From: Callorhinchus milii
Taxonomy: Eukaryota
NCBI RefSeq assembly: GCF_018977255.1
Contig: NW_024704743.1
Location: 114,392,001 to 114,456,000 of the forward strand
Length of the DNA: 64,000 bases
Reading direction: 5' to 3'
Part shown: positions 37,421 through 49,690 of the stretch, piece by piece
Position numbering within the stretch: the stretch's first letter is position 1
How the letters are laid out: the number at the start of each line of letters is the position of its first letter
Translations under genes and position numbers: made by a program
Notes under the pieces: model-generated
Told to the model about the DNA's origin: nothing
What the model saw: only the letters and a program-made list of their open reading frames with translations
Databases searched by the model: none

Positions 37421-39444
37421 GTGGACAGGGAGGGATCCATGGGTGATTCATGCCCATATCCTAAAATAGCTTCAGAGTAGCTAACTATTTCAGCCTAAGG
37501 TGATGTCTGGCATCACCAGGCAAGGCCAGGAAAGGCGGGAGTACTTAATATCTCTTTCCATCGTCCACAATAGAAATTATTGCACGTACTGTACATGCCA
37601 GAGGCAGTAAGATGTCTTCAGCTGCAGTCGCTGACTGAATTTCAAAACACCTCAGGGTCTCATAGTGAAGAGGTGAATAGTCAAACTTGTGAATAGAGTG
37701 ATTTACTCAATTCGATCTTTCACTTGGTGAAACAATCCTGGATATCCTGAGGCGACTGATCGAGACTAAACCAAACAAGAAGAAACTCTCACCAGCCTAT
37801 TTCATTTCCTGTTAGATGTTACTCGTGATATCACCCTCACCAATCTAATCTTTGGAGATAATGGGGTCAGCCGGGTGTCTGTCACAAGTGGAAACCTATC
37901 ACCATGCTTAAAAGTAGCAAAACCAGGCTAAGAGTTCCACGTAGTTGTGTGCCACCTACACATAGAAATATCCCAGATACATTATCACTGTGAAGCCAAC
38001 TCTGCCTCCAGAGTGCTGAGCAACAGTTACTATAGGACAGGGCTCTCTCCCTGTCCCTGCAATCCCTTTTTACCAAAATCCACCTCACTGCTGGTCCTGG
38101 GCTGAAACCTTACAAATGGGCTGAAAGAAACCCTTCTGTTGCAAGCCCAGAACCACAAAGGAGAACTGTTTAGACATGCATCTTACATGCCACAAGCTTA
38201 ACTTGGATTGGGAGTCTGCCACCATTGAAGGGAGACAAAAACGGCCAGAGTGCCCATCAACCCATCAACAACCCCTCCTGCAGTGGAGCTTTTAGGAATT
38301 CAGCAGTAATAAAAAAAAGCAATAATAAAGTCCACATCTGCTGCCCAGCAAGACCAGGCGGTGTGGAATATCCTTCCATTCCAGCAGACTGGATCATTAT
38401 GACCTTCAATCTGTTCAACATCCCCTGCCAGCTCTTCCACTCTTTATGTAGATGGATCTCTACCATGGCCTGTTTGGTCAGACGCCAACTCCGCTTAATG
38501 TTCCCTCCAGACCCCAAGGATGCCCCCGATGGGTCTGTTTAGTACACTGGACTTCTACAGCACTGGCCCCAGCCTGGTGAGAAATGTGGTTTGTGATTAT
38601 TGCTCCATTTTGTTCTAATCAATGATTGCCGTGGGTACAAACTGCACGCCTGTGCCCCCAACTTGGTTCAAAAGCTGCTCACTGCAGCACTGAACTTACT
38701 AGAATTAACGGCTTAACTTGACTTTTAAATCCCCTGAACCATCACTGAAATGCTGGGATCTACACAGCTGCAGGTTCACCAGGAATGAAGTTGCGCTTTG
38801 GCTTTTACACACTCTATCCTACCAGCTCACAGAGATCAATCGTTTGTCTTGGTCAACATCTTTACCTTCACTATCCGTGTCACTTGGCAGCATCCAAGGC
38901 TGTCGAGTAACCTGAAGCTGTTGAAAAGATTCATCCTGGGGTGTGGGGTGAAAGAGAAAAAAAATCATCAAAATATATTTTAGACCCATTAGCATTCACA
39001 TCACTCACTGAGTTGCACATCAATATTCTAACAATTAAAGTTGCTGAACAGTGCAAAATAAATAAAAAGAATGTGTAGTGCCTTTGATAAGTTACAACTA
39101 TCTGTGTTTATAACCTTGAAGTGTAAAGAGATTTTCACAGACAGATTGTACTGGCTATTTTGACTGCCGCCGATATACAGAGGATGGTTTTGTGTCTATG
39201 TGTAAAAAAAGACTGGTAAAATAAAAGGTGCACTTATAGAGCTACAGAGACGGGATAATCCTTGCATTCGATGTAGTGCTTTTCATGTTGGGAGGATGTC
39301 TCAAAGCTCTTCAAAGGATTTACTGTAAAGTGTAGTGACTGTGTATTTTGTAAGCGAATGTCTACAATTATTTTGCTTAAGTAGATTGATTCTTGAATCC
39401 TATTGATCCTATTCGCTGATAACTCACATGGTCTACTCTGAGAC

Positions 39445-39757
39445 TTTAGTGCAGTGCTATTGGGAAGTACTCTGTTACTAGACGTTCTGTTCTTTGAATG
39501 AGATATTCAACTGAGGTCCTGTCTGGCTGTTCAGGTGAACTTTAAAAAGAAAGGAAATTCTTCCAGTGTCCTGGCCAACAATCCCCTAGATAAAAATTGG
39601 CCTTTCAGTTCATGGCTGTTTGTACGAATTGCTGTGTGCGAATTAGCAACTGCAGTTGCCTGCAAAATATTAAAATTCACAATAAATCCTGTGAAGGGCT
39701 TAGAGATGTCCTCCCAATGTGAAAGGCTCAACATCAAATGCAAGGATCCTTATTATA
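39445..39757 (+). mobile_element. Deu-type SINE fragment
   Basis: GAATGAGATATTCAACTGAGGTCCTGTCTGGCTGTTCAGGTG core and tail. Confidence 0.7.
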
Positions 39758-40802
39758 TAAATGCTCCTTGGAAAAGTGTTACGAGCACCTCACCGTGAGA
39801 TGAAGTACTTCAAAGAGTAAACATTGGCTTTGATCATATATCTATGCACGTTACAGCAGCCCATGGAAATTCAGCTCCAATGGATGCTCATGGACCATGA
39901 ATAGGCTTTCCAGCAGAAGAATGAGTCTAAGAATTTTTCAGAAATCTTAATTTTAATCTGAAATTTTATGACAAAACGGTGCTACAGGGTAGGCTGAGAA
40001 TTGAAGAGTAGGTGGACTTTTGGGCCTCGGTTCCCGAAGAGTTAAGGTTAATCGCCATGCTGCGTGTAATTAAAAACATACTCCAGTGGTGCTCAGACGT
40101 TGGCGAGAAGATAACACATCTGAATACGTTTCTCCACGCCAATCGATACACATGTTTCTGTTTTTACAGGGAAAAAAACCTGAAGCTGGTGCCACATGGA
40201 ATGCCTTGTGAGAAGGTCACCCGTCTCTGCTGAGGTCAGAAACTCCAGCAACAGTTTAGAACTTACAGAAGTAAAACAACTGCCCATAGCAACAAAATGA
40301 ATCACACTCCTAGTCTAAACAATATATTAGTTTAAGGGATTGGAGGCGCTTATGAAAACTCGGAGGGATCTAGTAATTACACTTCCTGTTTTCACCAGAC
40401 TGTGAATGGAAAATTATTTTCCCACAGAAACCCATCAGATATAGTGCAGATCCTCTTAGATCTTCTACCTAATAAATGAATAGTTCTATTCACCAGCAAA
40501 AAGTCAGCCTGTGCTATTTATCAGCCTGATTTAAAATCAATGCAAACTTTTTCAGCCTTCAGGTTCAATGCTCGTTTCTTATTAAAACCTGTTCCTGACT
40601 TTAGGACGCAATCGATCTTGTAGCCACCACAGTGGAAGGATTTGGCAGGTCTTTGTAATCTTTCTGAGCAACCCTCTGAAGATTTGTTGCTTAAGTTTAA
40701 AGCTGTGGGACTAAATGAACATCTCTTGCACTGTATAAAGACTCTGAAGGATATACAACAGAATACAATTTGCATTTATATATTGCCTTTCAATTTAGGA
40801 GG

Positions 40803-40921
40803 ACCTCTCAAAGCGCTTCATGGTTCTTTTCCCTCTTTGTTCTTCTACTCCCTCATTTTAAGAGCTCCGAGACTCTGCCCCGCATGAAGGGTACTATATA
40901 AATGCAAGTTGCCGTTGTTGT
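40803..40921 (+). mobile_element. Short L2 3' tail
   Basis: GAGACTCTGCCCCGCATGAAGGGTACTATATAAATGCAAGTTGCCGTTGTTG. Confidence 0.6.
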
Positions 40922-40957
40922 TATCAGTTGTCTTCATATGAATTTATAAATTCTCAC

Positions 40958-41430
40958 CTCAGACAAATAGTTCCTTTGAGTCAGGTTCTCGATGTTTACT
41001 CCAGCGACTTGCCCAGGCTGGATGGACGAGTCACTTAGGGGTCTCCCGCCTTGATTGCTGGGTTTTACTGGCTTGTTCTTTGGATTAACAAAGGTTTCTT
41101 CTTTGCTCCCAGGGTTGTTGGAAGTTGGAGTTTGAAATAACGGACTGTTTGGGGTTGTGGGCCTGCTTCCTTGAAGGGCTGACGTTCGAGACCAGCTGTT
41201 GGGAGTTTCTGGTCTACTGCCTTGGTTGGTGGGGCTTGGTGGTAATTTGCTTCCTGGGCTCAGCAGTAGAGATTCTTTCCCAAGTAGACTCACTGGTGTC
41301 CGAGGCCTAGAATTTTGTCCCAGTAAGCTTCTGAGGTGAATCGATGGGTTCAATCTGCTTTGGCTGTTGGGACTCCTTTGCATCTCGTTCTCGACTGTAA
41401 GTGCGTTCATCACGTGGTCCTTCTCAAGTT
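40958..41430 (-). CDS. Internal coding exon of an unidentified gene; Ser/Pro/Thr-rich disordered region with QGSRPxTPNS repeats
   Basis: 473-nt open exon (phase 1 to 0) between cttctgttacag and GAG|gtgaga, not TE-like. Two 10-codon repeats differ almost only at synonymous third positions. Confidence 0.75.
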
Positions 41431-41499
41431 CTGTAACAGAAGCATGTGCTGTAGCACTCAACACTAGCATCCAACAAGAATCACACTAGAATCAACAGG

Positions 41500-41815
41500 T
41501 TTGGATAGCTCAGTGGCTAGGTTGCAAGTTTCCTTACTCCACACGTCTCTGCTTACCTAGCAGTAAGTAGGAACCCGGTTGTTAGTTAATTGACGGATCA
41601 CTTTTCCGGGTGTAATAATTCTTTTAAAAAACTATAAATTGCTCACTTCATCCAAGATTGTTTGTGGGACACTGCTATATGCAATTGGCTGCCATGGTTT
41701 GCCCACAAAATATACAGTCAATTCATGTTACAGTATATTCTGTAAAGTGCTTTGAGACGTCTCGAAGACATGATAAGGTGCTATATCAAATGCAAGTATC
41801 ATTATTATTATTATG
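41500..41815 (+). mobile_element. Older, longer variant of the tRNA-Ala SINE (head partly deleted)
   Basis: GCAAGTTTCCTTACTCCACACG followed by an extra segment CTCTGCTTACCTAGCAGTAAGTAGGAACCCGG..., then the standard body and tail. Confidence 0.8.
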
Positions 41816-42599
41816 TGTGAGCCTGGATAGTGAGTGTGGGCAGGACACTCCACCAATTGAGAGAAGAAAACACAGCTCAGATGTAGTGAGGCCCAAAATT
41901 CAATCTCAAACTAACATATTCCTCAAACTATTTTGTCTTAAAATTTGGAATTGATGCAATTTTCCAGTTGTGGAAAATTCTTAAATTCAGTCTTCATTTC
42001 AAAGCCAGTTTTCCACATTTCTTAAGAAAAAGGCTTCTAAACTAGGGCTGAAATGAAGAATTTTCAACAATTCTGCACCTCCTTATTTTTATGGACAAAA
42101 CTGGATTACAGGCTAAGACTTGGTGGAAATTCAGGGCTATGGGTGTCTCATGTGCTCTGATCACTAAAAATAGCGATTTGTGTGTTAAATCTTTATGAAG
42201 GGAGTTCCTGTTATAAAGGATAAGCAGAATACTGGTCACTTTTAGCTTTAGTATACCTTAGACCCTTTAACGAAATTGACACTGCTATAAAAGTGGGTTA
42301 TTTCACCAAATGGAGTGGAGTGCAACAAGGATATAACAGGTGATTTCCATGGAGATCAGTAATTTTGCTTGAACAAGCGGTGCAAATTTATTATGGAATT
42401 TTCCCCATCGTATATTCACCCAGAAACGTATGGGCCACGGCGAGAAAAAACTCACCATTTGCCAAGGTCTATAAATTGACTCACTTTCAGAGAATCATGC
42501 CTGTTGTACTCAGTCCCACGAGGTTAAAGCAAACCTAACCTCTTAGCAGAGAGTGAGTGTAAATCTAAACCTTGTTCACGTCTGATTACTGACCCTCAT

Positions 42600-42930
42600 C
42601 CCCGTGAAGGACACCATAGCAATGGGTGGGTAGCTATTGCACTTTCCACATCTGTTCCTTCAACAATTTTGTATAACAACTGGCTTAAAGGTGTACAGTC
42701 CTTCTGCTGAAGGGATTGGCAAGTCATTTTATTGGGTTTGAAGAAGATGTGCCCAGCAAGATGGCAAAGGCAGAGGGTGTTGTGTTTCAAGATGAATACA
42801 GACAGATATTGAAAGATAGAGGCTTGAAGGATTATAGGTACTGGGCAGGACAACGAGATGGAATAATCACCTTGCTCTGAGAGCTGGTGCAAACTCAATG
42901 TGTCTAATGGCCTCCTTCTGGGCTGTAAAT
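42600..42930 (+). mobile_element. Old CR1 3' fragment
   Basis: TTCAAGATGAATACAGACAGATATTG...GAGAGCTGGTGCAAACTCAATGTGTCTAATGGCCTCCTTCTG. Confidence 0.55.
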
Positions 42931-43124
42931 TTTAATGAGATAAATGATGTGATCAGTGTCAGCCAAAAATGTTTGAGCCAACAAATAAATCATTTAGTAA
43001 AATTCTATGGGTCCAGGTTAATATGAATGAATTGTTCATTATTTTGAAGGATTCACACAGCAAAGGTATGCTGCCTCCATTGAAAATAGTATCACTCCTA
43101 AGTCAAAAGTTTGTGGGTTTACAT

Positions 43125-43405
43125 TCCAGTGTGTTGCTGGGGTTGTCTGTCTTCTCAGGAGTGTCATCCTTCTGATGAGATATTAAACCGAGCACCCGCC
43201 TGCCTTTTCAGATGGATGTTAAAAATGCCATGGCACTATTTTAAAAGAAAAGGGTGTTCAAATTTGTACACACCAGTGTCCCACAAACAGCCATGAAGTG
43301 AGTGGCCAATTTTATGTCAGGGATTGTCAGCCAGAACAATGGGAGAAATTCCCTTCCCTTTTCGACTAGTGCCATGGGAACTTTAGCGTCCACCTGAACA
43401 GGCAG
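43125..43405. mobile_element. Two Deu-SINE fragments in inverted orientation
   Basis: Plus-strand core 43160-43245 and minus-strand core/body 43262-43405. Confidence 0.7.
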
Positions 43406-43989
43406 ATTTCTATTGAATCCAGGGCAAACCAAGTAAAGACTGAACATTTTATTTTGGTTCCTATTTGTTTTGCTCGATTGATCACAAGCAGGCTCCAAAT
43501 CCAGTCATTTAGCTGAAGGCTGCTTTTAGGAAAGAAATAGATGAAATGTCTCCATTTATAGCATGGCAAAAATAGGATCCCGATTGCACGCGATTCAAGC
43601 CTCTTAATAATTCAGACCAAATGAGGAATGCACTTTCATGTGTAACGGAAGTCTGGGAGTTCTTGCAAATTTTCCATCCTATGCATTTTTGAAAGGTGGC
43701 GCGGATCATTTCATCCTTGACTTGTGAGGAGTCAAGCTCTGCCAAACTACAGTGTATTATTTTCCTTCTAATTCAGGTGCTTTGGTTAACTTTTCTCCAA
43801 CGAATATGGGGGATAGCACAGTCAGCACAAGTACCAGAGTACAGCAGCAATGGCTCTCAGCGTTCCTGCTGGTTATATATCACATTTTGTTACTGGTGAT
43901 TTGTTTTGGGCAGACAGTTAGGTGCCTGATACACGGGAAACCCCATCACCACGCGTAAGTGTATCCAAATCTCCTCTCCCTCCCCTTCT

Positions 43990-44515
43990 ATTTCCTTCTC
44001 CCTCATGTATGCATCATGTTTCTTCTGAAACACATCAATGCGTTTTGCTTCTACCACAGTTTCTGGCAATTAAGTTCTACATTCTCACCACCCTCTGAGT
44101 GAAAAAGTTCCTCCTAAATTCCCTTTTAGCTCTGCTAGCTGCTATCTTATATTTATGCCCCATCATGTTGGACTCACCTAAATGTGGAAACAACCCATTA
44201 AAGGCCACTCTATTATATCCTTTCATAATCTTAAACACCTCTATCAGATCCCCTCTCAATCATCTCAACTCTAGAGAGAAAAGCTCAATCTGTCCAATCA
44301 TTCTTGATAGCTATATTCACCCATCTTTGGTAACATCCTTGTAAATCTCCACTGTACTCTCTCCAATACAACAATATTCACGTAGTATAGCCACCAGAAT
44401 TGCACGTTGTACTTAGTGCTCCAAATATGGTCTCACCAAGGTTGTATATGAATTTAACATATCTTCCCCACTTTTGTACTCTATCCCTCTGATACAGACA
44501 AAGGCTCTATTTGCA
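43990..44515 (-). mobile_element. CR1 3' ORF2 fragment
   Basis: RGDLIEVFKIMKGYNRV...GHKYKI...RRNFFTQRVVRM. Confidence 0.9.
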
Positions 44516-44796
44516 ACATATACTTAACACCATCATGGAAAGACCATCCCCATGAGGATTTGAAGGATTTGAAAAAAGAGAAGATCCATCATCAGCTTCT
44601 CAGGGCATCTAGTGATGAGCAATAAATTGTTCTAATGTGGTTGCAGTATGGCCATCAGGCATTGGAGTGTAAACCTAGACCAGGTGAGTTCAGAATCCCC
44701 GACGTGGGGCTTAAATCTACAACCTTCAAACTCAGAGGTGAGAGTACTACCAACAGAGCCAGGCTGACATAGACACCCTGGAACACTCTGACTTAC

Positions 44797-44917
44797 CCAG
44801 GAGATGCTTCTCCACAGCTAACAGTTTCTTCAAGGCCAAGGATTCCTTTGGTTGCTTCTGGTTCAAAGAGTCTCCACTTCGAGCAGACAGTACAATGGAC
44901 TCCCAGGCTGGCTGGAG
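44797..44917 (-). CDS. Candidate exon upstream of 40958-41430 (LQPAWESIVLSARSGDSLNQKQPKESLALKKLLAVEKHLL-E)
   Basis: Long polypyrimidine acceptor ttttctctgtttgtgtccttgcag and donor TGG|gtaagt. 121 nt; the phase 0 to 1 frame is open and joins the next exon in frame. It could instead be 5' UTR. Confidence 0.6.
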
Positions 44918-46052
44918 CTGCAAGGACACAAACAGAGAAAACACAAACAACTGCAATTTAGCAACAGTGTCTGATTGAGGGCACTGTGTTAAACAAGAGT
45001 CAAAATGTTCACAGTTCCGAATGGAGGTGTAAAAAATCCGTAAAAGTACTGGAAAACTTCTAATTCTATTTGAACCCAGAAATTTTGTTCACAAGTGGCT
45101 ACTGAGGTTGAAGCCAATATTTAAACGGGAATTGGAGAAACCTTTATTACGGAACAATATAAAGGGAAAGAACAAGGAACCGAGAGGAAGTAGTGTCAGA
45201 AGAGGAGCAAGCACCAAGTTTTGTCTCAAAGGTCATATATCCTCCTACTATTGCCTAATGAGGTGAAATTTGCGATGTTTCTAAATTTATCCCTTACCTT
45301 GTTTAAACAACATTATTAAGATATGTTTGAATTACCTACATTTCTTAACTTCCAAATAATGATAGCCTAAACCCCACTGAAAAGCCCTGAGCATATTCAG
45401 GCATACTGCCTAACTCAATTTGAGCTAGGGCAATATCTAGTGCCAGTTTTTCGTGCTTTCCAAAAGGTTAGTTTAAAACATGTCTTATATTTAGCAATGG
45501 GAAGTTTCCATTTTCTAATGGTGTTCACAAAGTCCTGTTAACCCCACCTCCAGCCTCCGCGTTTTTCTTCTTACAATGAATGTTTATTTTCTGTTATAGA
45601 TGAGTCGACCATAGCAATGTCTGATACCAATAACTTCCTCCTCACTCCATCCATCTTACGAAAGATGTTGCACCAAACATGGCGATGAATCATTATCTGC
45701 CATGAAAATGATGGTACTCACACCAATCCTCTGGACGTCTAAGTAGAATTAAACACTTATACTGAAGAGAACTATGTACTTCTAAATACAATTATTGTCA
45801 TTCTTTCACATGTTTCAGTTGTTGGTTAGTGCACTGTGTAACAAAAAATAGGGTTAACAGGGCTTTGTGAACACCCTGTACATTTAGATTTTACACTACA
45901 AAATGCAATTTCTCACTTTCTCCTTTTGGTTAAGTTGAGTTCTGCTTATAGTGGAATTCTGAACACTCTTCTTCAAGAACATAAGAATATAAGAATTTGC
46001 TGAAAGAAGACCAATGTCCATCTAGTTCGCCTTCCACTTGACAGTCACTCGT

Positions 46053-46370
46053 GGAGTCCTGTAGCTCAGTGGTTAGAGCACTCGCTCGCAAGCGAGACAC
46101 CTGGGTTCAATTCCAGGCAGAGGGCGAAACTTTGGGCAAGTTTCCTTACTCCACACGCCTAATAATAATCACTCCAAAAAAAAACAAGAATAAATTGGTC
46201 ATTTTCAATCCACGACTATTTGTGAGACACCTCTGTGCGCAATTGGCTGCCGTGTGTCGTCCACAAACATACGGTCAATTCATTTTACAGCATATTCTGT
46301 GAAGCGCTTTGAGACATCTAGAAGACGTGAAAAGCGCTATATCAAATGCAAGGATTATTATTATTATTAT
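46053..46370 (+). mobile_element. Full-length tRNA-Ala SINE
   Basis: Same structure as 778-1106, somewhat more diverged. Confidence 0.95.
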
Positions 46371-47841
46371 GTTGTGTCCCAAACTATATACTGTATCCTG
46401 AGATATTATTTTCTAGCAGAAATCGATCTAATTTGTTCTTGAAACAAATGACATTTTCAAGGGTTGAGTCTGCACAAAGCAGTCAGACTGAACATCTCAC
46501 AGATTAATGAAAACTGCTGCCTCCAAGCACAACATGTCAGTGAACAAAACTGATTCCGATTTCAAGGTGGGCTTTCAAAAGTGTTCATTCCAGATCAGTT
46601 ACAGGAAACAGTCAGGCTCGGGATTGTGATCTCCTGAAATACGCTGAAGCAAAGATTCTGACCTGAAAATGACTACTCACAGAGTTAAAAGGTTCTTATC
46701 GCATGTCTGTCTACTTGTAGCTGATTTTGAAATGACTGCTTTCTTCTTTATAGCAATCGGTAACATTTCTGATACAGGAACATTCCTAATAGACTGAAAT
46801 GTTATGGCAGCCACGAGAGGCATTAATTACAAGAGGAAATCAGAACCAAGACACGTGAACTGCCATCAGGAAGCATTTCTTCACACCGAGGGCTGGGAAT
46901 AGAATAATAATTCTTGCATTCGATAAAGTGCCTTATTACGTCATTAAGACGTCTCAAAGTGCTTCACAGAATATATTGCAAACTGGATCGACTGTATCTT
47001 GTGGGCGAAACACAAAGATATGAAATCCTCTGTACCTAAAAGTTAGAGAGACAGAATCAATCGAGATGTTTAAAACAGAGATGGACAGATACCTGGGTGG
47101 TAGATGTTTTAAGGGGCCTGGAAAAAGGGTGAGGCATTAAAAGATTGTGATTAAAAGATATGCTTAGATCTAATAAGTTGCAAAACATCCCTTTTTGCAT
47201 TTCTTGTATTTATATTTCTTTACTTAGAGAGTAATGAACTGCTGTAACAGGTTGCCTGGAATGGTGGTTGAGGTCAGGACACTGGACTCATTTTAGAAAC
47301 AGCCTGGAAGGATGGGAGGGTAGCTGTTCTGGAAAGATGAGATCAAATGGGCCAAAGGACCTTCTTCATCCAAATTAATCTTCTAATCTTGTAAATACTG
47401 TCATACATCACAGCAGCTTTCTCCACTGGCTGCACAGCACTTTTGCTGCAGGAGCCCTTTTTAGATTCCACTACCTGAAAACCTGCAGTGAATGTTTAAT
47501 AATTTCTGCTAAATCCTTTTCCTTCTCTGCTAACGTGCACTGTTTTAATGTGCTTGCTGTTTCCTGTCCCAGTATTTATTACCCTGCATTTATCTCCATT
47601 AAAATCCATCTGCCACTCCTCAGGCATCTGGTTAATTGATCCATTTCTCTTTGAATGGTGCTTATTGTCTTTAAATCTGTATCCTGCACACGTATCGTCT
47701 TGTGTAACCTGAAGTACACTGCTCAAAGTTTACAACAGGGCTGCACTCTGCAGCGGAAGCAGTTTCAAGATTGCTCACCTGAACTCAGCAACTAATTAGT
47801 GTGACCAGCAAAGAACCGGAATAGACTCCACAGAACCTCTT

Positions 47842-48150
47842 TGTCAGCCTGGCTCAATTCGGTAATATTCTCACCTTTATGTTAGAAGGTTATAAATTCA
47901 ACCCCATGTCAGGCCTGGAGATCATAGTGCAGGCTGACAGTTCAGTGCAGTCCTGGAAGAATGTTGCACTTTCAGATGAAGGAGACTTTAACTCATCTGT
48001 CAACTTTTCAGGTGGCTTTTAGATCCCAAAACACCAATTGCAAAGAGAAGAGAGATGTTTCCCTATACCCTGGCCAACAATCATTCAGGTTAATTAATAA
48101 TTGGGCGTTTGTGGGACAATGTTGCTGCATTTACTCCCCAAAACAGACAC
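47842..48150 (+). mobile_element. Degenerate Deu-type SINE
   Basis: TGTCAGCCTGGCTCAATTCGGTAATATTCTCACC head and core remnant. Confidence 0.6.
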
Positions 48151-49361
48151 TGTATTCCTCAGCGATTACTCATAACAGGATTTGAATGATACAAAAAGGC
48201 AAGTCCTTTTTCGTGTCATTCTCAAACACCGCGTCCTACACCTCAAACTAGTAAATGTGGTGGTAACACTGGTGAATCAGTGACCACAGGTTGGGTGGGT
48301 AACATAAAGGATATTAATAAAAGTAATTAATTGCCCTCCTGGTGTCTGTCCTGAAATTGATCTTTGTAACTCTAAACCTGTGTCCTCTTGTTCCACTGAC
48401 TTGGTGAATCCTAAATTATTGTTCTGGGTTTACTTTTTCAGTCCCATTAAAAATTGTATACACTTATATAGGGTCCTCTGAGATGTCTCCTTTCAAGACT
48501 AAAGAGCCTTCGCTTGTCTAGTTGTTGCTCATGCCACATGTAAATAAGTAAAAGTATAATGCTTACTTAGAAAAAATTGTCAGGTTAGCGAACAGATAAC
48601 CACTGGTGGAAATGAAAGTTGACAGATTTCTATGATAGATTGGCAAAATCCTCTCAACATTTCTGAACATAGTTATCAATTTCCTGTAAGGGTGATGTTT
48701 CCACTGAATGGTTTAAAGATTTTTTTTGCTGATTTTATCCAAAAATATCCATATAGATTTTTTTTTCCTCCCTGAGGCTCGTATACTACTTGCAATAAAA
48801 CCTAACTCAATTCAAGGAAAACTTAAGACTCGTAATGGATTTCACAAGCAGGTTTATCGTGACAGATCATTCACCGCGATAGGCAGGACAAGTCGACTGT
48901 AATTCAATCTACTTACTGGGCCTGATACTTGAGAAGCAGTCTCAAATTCTTTGTCTCCTTCCATCGCTCTTTCCACCCCAGGCAATGGAGCTGTTCCAAA
49001 ACAGAACAAAACTAATTTCTAGACGCTCACATCATCTTTAAGTAACAATTCATCTCAAACACTCAAGTCAAAAATGTGGGGTTAAATAAATACGAGTCAG
49101 GAATTTGCATCAGAAAACATTTCATTCCAATTTAAGTAAAGGTAAGCCTCAATGCACCAGTTTGAGCCGATACTTTATTTGTTTTGTTTTGACATTAAAG
49201 ATTTATCATTACAGAATTTCCTACGCAAAGATATTTGAATTGCAAATTACAAGAAGGAATCAATTCCGATGTGGGATGATATGGAGGAAGTATCCAATAC
49301 TAGGTAAAGAACTCTTCCGACAACTGATCCAATAGCAAGATTTCAGAGACGGTGTTTCTCT

Positions 49362-49690
49362 CCCATACCCGATTCCTTACCCATCCCCCCAGCCTCGCTG
49401 GCTCCCCATCCTTCAAAGGATCAAATTCAAGATTCTCATCTTCGCTTTTAAATTCTTCCATGGCCTCGCTCCACCCTACCTCTGTGAACCTCCTATAACC
49501 CTACTGTCCCAGCCGCACCCTGCACTCAGCAAACACCAGCCTGCTTCACATCCCCTGCCAGGTCCCTCCCAACCTCAATGGACAAATATTCAGTCACTCT
49601 GTTCCCACTCTTTAGAACTCCACCCTGGAGTCTCAGCCTTCAAAACCCACCTTTAGACCTATCTGTTTGCCTGCGCTTTCAGTCACTTTT
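49362..49690 (+). mobile_element. Degenerate L2 3' fragment
   Basis: CTGGCTCCCCATCCTTCAAAGGATCAAATTCAAGATTCTCATC (WLPILQRIKFKILI). Confidence 0.8.

Noticed and set aside
40540..40640. Anoctamin N-terminal similarity (GYKIDCVL..KKRALNLKAE)
   Set aside because: Weak, spacing differs, and there are no other anoctamin exons in the window.
40958..41000. DPY-30-like motif (VNIENLTQRNYLSE versus VDLQSLPTRAYLDQ)
   Set aside because: Only a short resemblance. I found no downstream exon encoding the rest of the dimerisation motif.
48566..48683. Further minus-strand exon candidates (here, about 39855-39925, 37706-37765 and 43540-43745)
   Set aside because: Weak splice sites or incompatible phases, and unrecognisable peptides.
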